NCBI GenBank assembly: GCA_963844035.1
Contig: CAWJMT010000035.1
Location: 258,764 to 322,763, forward strand
Direction of reading: 5' to 3'
Length of the DNA: 64,000 nt
From: an uncultured Gemmatimonadales bacterium
GTDB lineage: Bacteria; Gemmatimonadota; Gemmatimonadetes; Gemmatimonadales; GWC2-71-9
The notes under the pieces were generated by a model. The model did no database searches and was not told where the DNA came from. It was given only the letters and a program-made list of their open reading frames with translations. Shown here in pieces: positions 56,773 to 64,000 of the stretch. Position 1 is the stretch's first letter. Every line of letters begins with the position of its first letter. Position numbers and translations under genes: made by a program.

Positions 56773-58730
56773 CCGCAGCGCTCAACGCCAAGTTTTCGTT
56801 CGAGACATTCGTGGTCGGCGCGGCCAACCGCCTGGCGGTCACCGCCGGCCGCACGGTTGCCGAGAACCCCGCGTCCGCCTACAACCCGCTGTTCATCTAT
56901 AGTGGGTCGGGGCTTGGCAAGACGCACCTGCTGATGGCGGTGGGCCAGGCGGCGCTCAAGCTCTCGCCCACCCTCAATATCGAGTACCTGACCCTGGACG
57001 AGTACGTCGAGTCGTTCCACGCCGCCGTGGCCGCGGGGCAGGGCGATGCGTTCCGGCGCCGGTTCCAGAACGTCGACGTGTTGATGATCGACGACGTGCA
57101 GTTCCTGACCAATCGCAAGGAGATGCAGGCCGAGCTGCTGCGGCTCACCGAAGCGCTGCAGGGGGCGGGGCATCAGGTCGTGCTCACGAGCGACCGCCCG
57201 CCGGCCGAGATTGCGGATCTGGACGAACGGTTGATCTCGCGGTTCTCGGGGGGTCTCGTCGTGGACATCGGGGCGCCCGACTACGAGACGCGCGTGGCGA
57301 TTCTGCGGCGCAAGGCGGACGAGCGCGGCGCGAAATTCCAGCCGGGCGTGATGGAGCTGGTCGCGGGCGCGGAGTTCCAGAACGTGCGCGAGTTGATGGG
57401 CGCGCTGAACCGGCTGGTGGCCTATCAGGCCGTGAACGAGTCGCCCTTGAACGTCGAAGGCGCGAAGCATCTGCTCGGCCTTTCGTTTCCCGCCACTGCG
57501 GCCGGATCGCCGCCGGCGACGGCGGGGGGGAGGGGGAGGGGGAGGGGGGATGAATTCGGCGCGTTCCTGCAGGACGTGACCGCCACGGTTGGCAAGGCGG
57601 TGGAGGCGTGGCGCGCGCGCGTCGGGGAAGCGGTGATGCGGTGGGACGGGGAGGGATACCGCACACGCCGGCTGGAGGCGCTGCTCGAGCAGGAAACCCC
57701 GGCGGCGGTCGACGAGGTGATCGCTCAGTTTGGGGTGGATGTCGAGCGGTTGAAGGAGCTCGAGGCGCAGGTCGCGGCACTCGACCCGCAGGCCGCCGGG
57801 CATGCGATGTTCCGCGACCCGGAGCGTCTGGCCGAGGCGGAGGCGGCGGCGGCCACCGTTCAGGCGGGTGCGGCGCCGCCCCCCGAACCCTCGAAGGCGT
57901 TTCCCCTGGCGGCGTTCGCGGTGGGGCCCTCGAACCAGGTGGCCGTGAGCGCGGTGCACGCGGTGCTCAAGCAGCCCGGGAAGAAGTACAACCCGCTGGT
58001 GCTCACCGGGAAGAGCGGGCTCGGCAAAACGCACCTCTTGAACGCGATCGGACTCGAGCTCGCGAAGGCGCGGCGGGCCGTCGTGGCGTGCCTGTCCACG
58101 CAAGCCTTCATCGACGAGCTCATCGCGGCGATTGACGGCGACCGCGTGGATTGGTGGCGTGCGCGGTACCGCCGCTGCACCGCGTTGCTGCTCGACGACA
58201 TTCACCTCATCGCGGGCAAGGATCGCACGCAGGAAGAGCTGTTCAACCTCTTCAACCTGCTGCACGATGGCGAGCGCCAGCTGGTGTTCACGGCCCCGGC
58301 CCATCCCAATACGCTGGTCGGCGTGGAAGAGCGCATCGGATCGCGGCTCGAGGGCGGGCTGGTGGTGGAGCTGGGGGAGCCCGACCGCGACGTGCGGCGC
58401 GCGGTGCTCAATCGTCTGTTCGCGCAGCATGAAGCCGAGCCCGACCCCGCGCTGCGGGACTACCTGGCCGACCGGCCGGCGGATTCGGTCCGTACCCTGA
58501 TCGGGGTTGTGCAGCGGGTGACGAGCGCCGCGGCGGCGCAGGAGCAGGCGCTCACCGTTGGCCTGGCGCGCGAAGTCCTCGAAGGCCAGCCTGCCGCCTC
58601 CGGGCGTCCCACGGGCCCGTTCCGCACCAGCGGCCTGATCGTGTCGAGCCTGGGCGGCATCCGCAGCCGCGAAAAGATGGCGTGGGACTGGCCCGACCCC
58701 GCGGACCGCATGATCGAGGATCTGCGCTGA
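56769..58730 (+). CDS. Protein with two tandem DnaA/Hda-type AAA+ modules, no DNA-binding domain IV
   Basis: Module 1: FETFVVGAANRLA..YNPLFIYSGSGLGKTHL..MIDDVQF..RLISRF..NVRELMGAL. Module 2: FAVGPSNQVA..YNPLVLTGKSGLGKTHL..LLDDIHL..RIGSRLEGG..SVRTLIG. Confidence 0.9.
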   Translation: MTAALNAKFSFETFVVGAANRLAVTAGRTVAENPASAYNPLFIYSGSGLGKTHLLMAVGQAALKLSPTLNIEYLTLDEYVESFHAAVAAGQGDAFRRRFQNVDVLMIDDVQFLTNRKEMQAELLRLTEALQGAGHQVVLTSDRPPAEIADLDERLISRFSGGLVVDIGAPDYETRVAILRRKADERGAKFQPGVMELVAGAEFQNVRELMGALNRLVAYQAVNESPLNVEGAKHLLGLSFPATAAGSPPATAGGRGRGRGDEFGAFLQDVTATVGKAVEAWRARVGEAVMRWDGEGYRTRRLEALLEQETPAAVDEVIAQFGVDVERLKELEAQVAALDPQAAGHAMFRDPERLAEAEAAAATVQAGAAPPPEPSKAFPLAAFAVGPSNQVAVSAVHAVLKQPGKKYNPLVLTGKSGLGKTHLLNAIGLELAKARRAVVACLSTQAFIDELIAAIDGDRVDWWRARYRRCTALLLDDIHLIAGKDRTQEELFNLFNLLHDGERQLVFTAPAHPNTLVGVEERIGSRLEGGLVVELGEPDRDVRRAVLNRLFAQHEAEPDPALRDYLADRPADSVRTLIGVVQRVTSAAAAQEQALTVGLAREVLEGQPAASGRPTGPFRTSGLIVSSLGGIRSREKMAWDWPDPADRMIEDLR

Positions 58731-60346
58731 TGGCGATCAAAGGCTCACTCAAGGAAGCGTCGCTCCCCGATGTGCTGCAGCTGCTGGCGCTGGGGCAGAA
58801 GACCGGGTGCCTGTCGATCGCCGACCGCTCGAACTTCGGCTACATCTACTTCGAGAAGGGCCGCATCTCGTACGCGTCGATCGTCAACCGGCGCGACCGG
58901 CTGGGGGAGATCCTGTCGAAGCACGGCCGCATCACCGCGGAGCAGCTCGACGCGGCGGTGCACCGGCAGGGCAAGGACCGCGACAAGAAGCTCGGCCAGA
59001 TCCTCGTGGCCCAGGAGGTCATCACGCAGCAGGACCTCGAGCGCTACATGCGCGTGCAGATCGAGGAGTCGGTCTACTACCTGTTCACCTGGACGCAAGG
59101 CTCGTTCAACTTCGAGGCCGACGTGCGGCCCGACCGCCAGGATTTTCTCGTCTCGATCAATCCCGAGTCGCTGCTGCTCGAGGGCGCGCGGCGCGTGGAC
59201 GAATGGAGCCTGATCGAGAAGAAGATTCCCAGCTTCGACCTGATCTTCGTCGTGGACCGCGACCGGCTGGCGATCTCGGAGGCGAAGCTCAACGACGCGC
59301 AGCAGCGCATCCTCCCGCTGCTCGACGGCACGCGCGACGTGAACCAGGTGATCGAAGACTCCGGGCTCGGAGAGTTCGAGATCGGCAAGGCGCTGTACGG
59401 GCTGCTCACCGCCGGCTACCTGCATCGCTCGGGCAAGACCGCGTCGACCGTCGACACCCACGTGACCGACGCCCGCATCGAGGAGCACCGCAACCTGGGC
59501 GTCGCGTTCTACAAGACCGGGATGCTGGATGAGGCCGCGCGCGAGTTCCGGCGGGTGGTGGACCTGCGACCCGCCGAAGCGAGCGCGCACTTTTTCCTCG
59601 GCCTGGTCGCCCTGCGCCAGGCCCGCTGGCGTGAGGCCGTCGACATGCTGCGGCTCGCCGCCGAGCGCGGCGGCAACCAGCCCGCGGTGCTGCACAACCT
59701 GGGGCTGGCGTACGAGCTGGTGGGGCGGCTCCCCGAGGCGGAAGCGGCGTACGCCGAAGCGGCGACGCGCGCCAAGACCGACGGCCGCATCTATCTCGGC
59801 TGGGGCATCGTGACGCTCAAGCAGGGCGATTTTGCGAGCGCCGCCGGCCGGCTCGATCGCGCCAAGGAGCTGTTCGGCAAGATCCCGCCCGCCACGTGGT
59901 TCTGGGCGCGCACCCTCGCGGCCGCGTCGGCGGGCGACTTCGAGCTGGCGGAGCAGCTCGCCGAGGAAGGCGCGGAAGCGTATCCCTCCCACGCCGTGTT
60001 GCAGAACAATCTCGCCGTGTTGAAGGAGCTCGCCGGCGATCTCGCCATGGCGGAGGAGCTGATCCGCGGCGCCCGCAAGAACGAGCCCTCGATGCCGCAG
60101 TTGTCCAAGAATCTCGGCGACCTCGCCTACCGGGCGTCGCGCTACGACGAGGCGTGGGACGTGTACAACCGCGCCGTCGAGCTGGCGCCCAACCTGGGCG
60201 ACGACGTGTACTTCAAACTCGGGAACATCGCCTACAAGCGAAACGACCGTGAGCTGGCGGCCCAGCTGTGGCGCAAGGCGCTCGAGCTGAATCCCAAGCA
60301 CGAGCTCGTCCGGGCCAACCTGGATACGCTGAGTGCATTGTCGTGA
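58730..60346 (+). CDS. DUF4388 (PatA-N-like) + MshEN-like + TPR protein (2)
   Basis: MAIKGSLKEASLPDVLQLL..QKTG.L; RLGEIL..G.I....L......Q repeat; LLEGARRVDEW; multiple C-terminal TPRs. Confidence 0.87.
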   Translation: MAIKGSLKEASLPDVLQLLALGQKTGCLSIADRSNFGYIYFEKGRISYASIVNRRDRLGEILSKHGRITAEQLDAAVHRQGKDRDKKLGQILVAQEVITQQDLERYMRVQIEESVYYLFTWTQGSFNFEADVRPDRQDFLVSINPESLLLEGARRVDEWSLIEKKIPSFDLIFVVDRDRLAISEAKLNDAQQRILPLLDGTRDVNQVIEDSGLGEFEIGKALYGLLTAGYLHRSGKTASTVDTHVTDARIEEHRNLGVAFYKTGMLDEAAREFRRVVDLRPAEASAHFFLGLVALRQARWREAVDMLRLAAERGGNQPAVLHNLGLAYELVGRLPEAEAAYAEAATRAKTDGRIYLGWGIVTLKQGDFASAAGRLDRAKELFGKIPPATWFWARTLAAASAGDFELAEQLAEEGAEAYPSHAVLQNNLAVLKELAGDLAMAEELIRGARKNEPSMPQLSKNLGDLAYRASRYDEAWDVYNRAVELAPNLGDDVYFKLGNIAYKRNDRELAAQLWRKALELNPKHELVRANLDTLSALS

Positions 60347-61173
60347 CGGGCGAACCGGATGAGCGCGCGCTGAAGGCGCTCACCGAGAAGATTTCCCAGG
60401 CTCGCGGGGTGTGCTGCGGTGCGTACAAGGACCGCTGTTTGCGGCGGCGCCTGGCGGTGCGCATGCGGGCGCGGGGCGTGCATACGTACGAGGCCTACAG
60501 CGAGGTGCTCGACGCCGACGCCGCCGAGTACGACCGCCTGCTCGACACCCTCACGATCAACGTCACGAAGTTCTGGCGCAACGCCGAAACGTGGCAGGCG
60601 CTCGCGCCCTACCTGGTGGAGTTGTGGCGCGCCCGGAACGGACACATGCGCGTCTGGTCGGCCGGGTGCGCCTCGGGCGAAGAGCCCTACACGCTCGCGG
60701 TCGCGCTCGCGGAAACCGCGCGCAGCCTGCGCGAGAACGAATGGCTGGCGCGCGTCCGCATCGACGCGACCGACGTGGATCGGGAGAGCCTGGAGCGGAC
60801 CAAGCTGGGAGAGTTCCCCGCCAGCACGTTCAGCGAGATGCCGGTGGAGCTGGCGCAGCGATATTTCACCGCCGTCGGCACCGCCGGGGCCACCCGCCGG
60901 CCGCTGCCGGCTCTGCAGCAGATTGTGAAGGTGCGCCGCCACGACCTGACGCGCGAGCCGCCTCCCGACCCGCCCTACGACATGATCGTGTGCCGCAACG
61001 TGGTCATCTACTTCGACCGTCCCATGCAGGAGCGCCTGTTCCAGACCTTCGTGGAGGCGATCGTGCCGGGCGGCATCCTCCTGCTCGGCAAGGTCGAGAC
61101 CCTGGTCGGGCCCGCGCGCGAGCGCCTCAAGCTCGAAGACCCGCGCGAGCGGATCTACCGCCGGCCCGCATGA
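60343..61173 (+). CDS. cheR: Chemotaxis methyltransferase CheR
   Basis: LTINVTKFWRN, WSAGCASGEEPYT, ATDVD, CRNVVIYF. Confidence 0.95.
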   Translation: MTGEPDERALKALTEKISQARGVCCGAYKDRCLRRRLAVRMRARGVHTYEAYSEVLDADAAEYDRLLDTLTINVTKFWRNAETWQALAPYLVELWRARNGHMRVWSAGCASGEEPYTLAVALAETARSLRENEWLARVRIDATDVDRESLERTKLGEFPASTFSEMPVELAQRYFTAVGTAGATRRPLPALQQIVKVRRHDLTREPPPDPPYDMIVCRNVVIYFDRPMQERLFQTFVEAIVPGGILLLGKVETLVGPARERLKLEDPRERIYRRPA

Positions 61174-61667
61174 CTTCACCGGTCCCCAAGGAAACGATCG
61201 TGCGGGTGGCGGATTGGGCCGCGCGGCGCGGCGACGAAGCGCTCGTGACGCTGGGCCTGGGGTCGTGCGTCGCCATTATGTTGCATGACCCCAAAGCGTG
61301 GGCGGGCGCGATGGCGCACGTTCTGCTCCCCTCCCAGAGTCTCGCCCGGGACACAACCAACCCCGCGAAGTTTCCGGAGACTGCGGTCCCGTTCCTCGTC
61401 AAACAGCTCGAGGCGCTGGGCGCCGATCCGCGCCGCATCGTGGCCAAGCTCGCCGGTGGGGCGAGCATGTTCGCGCAGCTCATGACGCCCGGGTCGATAC
61501 AGATGGGGGAGCGCAACCTGGTCGCGACCCGCAAGGCCCTGCGTGCGGCCTCGATCCCGCTCGCGGCGGAAGCGGTGGGGGGTGAGGCCGGCCGCTCGGT
61601 GCGTTTTTTCGTCGCCGACGGCCGGGTCGAAATCCGCTCCGTGGGAGTCAATGTCGTCTGCATCTGA
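61170..61667 (+). CDS. cheD: Chemoreceptor glutamine deamidase CheD
   Basis: [33 protein letters not shown]. Confidence 0.93.
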   Translation: MTSPVPKETIVRVADWAARRGDEALVTLGLGSCVAIMLHDPKAWAGAMAHVLLPSQSLARDTTNPAKFPETAVPFLVKQLEALGADPRRIVAKLAGGASMFAQLMTPGSIQMGERNLVATRKALRAASIPLAAEAVGGEAGRSVRFFVADGRVEIRSVGVNVVCI

Positions 61668-62745
61668 CGCGCGTCCCAGCGTGCTGATCGTGGACGACAG
61701 CGCGCTGATGCGCCGCGTGCTGTCGGACATCTTGGGCGGGTCGGGGGGGCAACCCGGGGAGTTCCGGGTGGTGGCGGCGGCGCGCGACGGCTTCGATGCG
61801 CTCCGCAAAGTGCACCAATTCGAGCCGGACGTCATCACCATGGATCTCGAGATGCCGGAGCTCGACGGCCTCGGCGCGATCGGGTACATCATGTCCGAGA
61901 CGCCGCGGCCGATCGTGGTGGTGAGTGCGCACGTGGGCCCCGGTACCGCCGCGGTGATTCGCGCGCTCGAGCTCGGGGCGGTGGAGATCGTCACCAAGCC
62001 GGAGGAGGCGACCCGGACGGCGCTGGAGCGGCTGGGGCCGCAGCTCATCGGAGCGGTGCGCCGCGCGCTCGCGGCCGACGTGTCGCGCGTTCCGGTGATG
62101 GCGCGCCCGCCGGCGCCCGTGCGGCACGCGCTCGAAACCGGCCTGCGGCCCCGCGCCCGCGTCGTGGCGGCGATCGCATCGTCGACCGGGGGACCCCGCG
62201 CGCTCGCGGAGGTGGTGCCGCGCATCCCTACGGGCCGTCACGCCGTCCTCATCGTGCAGCACATGCCGCCCAAGTTCACGCGCTCCCTGGCGGAGCGGCT
62301 CGACTCGATGAGCCCGTTGCACGTGGTCGAGGCCGATCACGGCGCGCCGGTGGTCGAGGGCACAGCGTACGTGGCCCCGGGCGATTATCATATGCGGGTG
62401 ACAGCCGCGCCCGACGGTCCGCAGATCACGCTCGACCAGGGGCCGCCCATCTGGGGCGTGCGTCCGGCCGCCGACCCGACGTTCCGCTCCGTCGCCACGC
62501 TGTTCGGCGCACGCAGTCTGGGGGTCGTGCTCACCGGCATGGGACGGGACGGCGCCGAGGGGCTGCGTGCAATTCACGACGCCGGCGGCAGCGGCTTCGC
62601 CCAGGACCGTGAAACGTCGATCATCGCCGGCATGCCCACGGCGGCGGTGCAGGCCGGGGGCGTGGACGCGGTGCTGCCCCTCGGACAGATCGCCGATCGC
62701 ATTGCGTCGGAGCTGTTGCGCCGCGACCCGGTGGCGCGCCCGTGA
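61651..62745 (+). CDS. cheB: Chemotaxis methylesterase CheB (receiver + esterase)
   Basis: [34 protein letters not shown]. Confidence 0.96.
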   Translation: MSSASDARPSVLIVDDSALMRRVLSDILGGSGGQPGEFRVVAAARDGFDALRKVHQFEPDVITMDLEMPELDGLGAIGYIMSETPRPIVVVSAHVGPGTAAVIRALELGAVEIVTKPEEATRTALERLGPQLIGAVRRALAADVSRVPVMARPPAPVRHALETGLRPRARVVAAIASSTGGPRALAEVVPRIPTGRHAVLIVQHMPPKFTRSLAERLDSMSPLHVVEADHGAPVVEGTAYVAPGDYHMRVTAAPDGPQITLDQGPPIWGVRPAADPTFRSVATLFGARSLGVVLTGMGRDGAEGLRAIHDAGGSGFAQDRETSIIAGMPTAAVQAGGVDAVLPLGQIADRIASELLRRDPVARP

Positions 62746-63155
62746 GCCGCGGCTACCTGCTGGTGCAGGTGGAGGGCGCGAGCTACGGACTGCCGCTCGA
62801 GCCCGTCCTGCAGGTGGACGACATCGGCGAGGTGTTGGAGGTGCCGACCGTCCTGCCCGCGATGCGCGGGCTCACGCCGCTCAACGGACGGCTGGTGCCG
62901 CTGATCCACCTGGGCGCGCTGCTCGGCAATCGCGAGCCGCCCACCCGGCGCGGGGCGGCCACCGTACTCGTGGGCCTGGGAGGCCGCACCCGTCTCGTGG
63001 CCCTCGAGGTCGACGATGCCGACGAGGTCGTGCGCGAGCCGGTGCTGCCCGCGCCTCCCGGCGAAACCTTGCCCTGGGCGTCCGGGGTGGCGCGACGTGA
63101 GGGGACCCTGGTGCCGATCCTGGACTGGAACGTTTTGGAGGAACGCATCAAGTGA
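62742..63155 (+). CDS. cheW: CheW-like protein (2)
   Basis: [10 protein letters not shown]....MRGL....[17 protein letters not shown]. Confidence 0.8.
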   Translation: MSRGYLLVQVEGASYGLPLEPVLQVDDIGEVLEVPTVLPAMRGLTPLNGRLVPLIHLGALLGNREPPTRRGAATVLVGLGGRTRLVALEVDDADEVVREPVLPAPPGETLPWASGVARREGTLVPILDWNVLEERIK

Positions 63156-63628
63156 CCACAGGGGACGACGTCCAGCTCGTCGCCTTCCGGCTGGCCGGCC
63201 AGGAATTCGCCTTCAACATCTTTCAGGTGGAACGGATTCTCCGGCACGAAGCTGCATCCCCGCTCCCCAAGGCACCGGATTTCCTCGAAGGCGTGCTGCA
63301 GTATCAGGGCGGCGCCGTCCCGCTCATCGATCTGCGCAAGCGCCTCAGCGTGGCCGCGCCGGTCAAGGAGGAAACCCGTACGGTGATCCTCGAGTCGGAG
63401 GGTGCGAAGATCGGGGTGATCGTGGATGCGGTCACCGAGGTACTCCAGGTCGCGGCCTCCGAGATCACGCCGCCTTCCAAGATGGTCAAAGGACTGGCGG
63501 CAGAGTACATCAGCGGGCTGGTGGTGAAGGACGGGCGCACGATCATCGTGCTCAACACCGGTCAGCTCCTGAACGCCAAGGAGAAAATGGCGCTCGAGGC
63601 AGTGCTCCCCAAGGCCAAGGCGTCGTGA
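63152..63628 (+). CDS. cheW: CheW (3)
   Basis: QLVAFRLAGQEFA..VERI..LPKAPDFLEGV..VPLIDLRKRL..GVIVDAVTEV. Confidence 0.92.
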   Translation: MTTGDDVQLVAFRLAGQEFAFNIFQVERILRHEAASPLPKAPDFLEGVLQYQGGAVPLIDLRKRLSVAAPVKEETRTVILESEGAKIGVIVDAVTEVLQVAASEITPPSKMVKGLAAEYISGLVVKDGRTIIVLNTGQLLNAKEKMALEAVLPKAKAS

Positions 63629-64000
63629 GCGAGTCCCCGATTGGGGCCCTGCGGGGCGAGTACGACGCCATCGCCCGCCGGCTCGACAGCGCGCCCGCCG
63701 GACGCCGAGCGCGACGTCGTCAAGCGCGACATCATCGGCTACTTCAAGCAGGTGGACACACTCATCACCGAGCTGATGGAGCTGAAGGAGGACGTCCGCA
63801 AGCTCGTCGAGCGCTACAAGCAGCTCGCGGCGTCCACGGCGGAGGCCTCGGCGCCGGAGTTCACCAGCGCTCGTCCGGCAATTCACGCCGACCACATCGG
63901 CGCCTCGACCTTCATCGAGAAGGGCTGGAGCCTCATCTCGCTCGGCGATCACGCCGGCGCGGTGCAGGCGTTGCAGAAGGCGCTGAAGCTGTCGCCCGGC
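63625..64000 (+). CDS. Coiled-coil + TPR protein, partial (runs off right edge; indel near 63700)
   Basis: GTG overlaps the cheW stop. Reads ..VVKRDIIGYFKQVDTLITELMELKEDVRKLVERYKQL..FIEKGWSLISLGDHAGAVQALQKALKLSPG. Confidence 0.7.
   Translation, partial: MSESPIGALRGEYDAIARRLDSAPAGRRARRRQARHHRLLQAGGHTHHRADGAEGGRPQARRALQAARGVHGGGLGAGVHQRSSGNSRRPHRRLDLHREGLEPHLARRSRRRGAGVAEGAEAVAR

Noticed and set aside
56769..58730. Chromosomal dnaA / oriC
   Set aside because: No domain IV, no dnaN, and no intergenic AT-rich region or DnaA-box cluster.

Overview
High-GC bacterial chromosomal window. Gene content and repeat style suggest Gemmatimonadota (inference). Positions 1-47 kb are mostly housekeeping: purH/purN, selA, valS, thrS, fatty-acyl-CoA genes, rpiB-glyA, hsp20-lon, nnr, thiL, plsC, eno-ftsB, tRNA-Met, then a Firmicutes-like run tilS-hpt-ftsH-folP-cdaA-yggS-divIVA-punA-ileS-dksA-like-lspA-rluD. 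Many essential genes carry single-base frameshifts, most likely sequencing or assembly indels. From 47.2 kb to the right edge lies one tightly coupled operon with its own sigma70-like promoter. It interleaves a Bacillus/Dif-like chemosensory set (cheW-cheY-cheA-cheC ... cheR-cheD-cheB-cheW-cheW) with an MglA GTPase, three roadblock proteins, two DUF4388/PatA-N proteins with MshEN-like motifs, large TPR scaffolds and a protein of two tandem DnaA-type AAA+ modules lacking the DNA-binding domain. This is the best candidate for an undescribed signalling/polarity system. Smaller observations include a 70-bp CTAG-flanked MITE inserted in-frame in a signal peptide, GGCGGTC octamer repeats translated inside proteins, a candidate c-di-GMP-I riboswitch, a GIHH-type IleRS2 and unannotated small ORFs.
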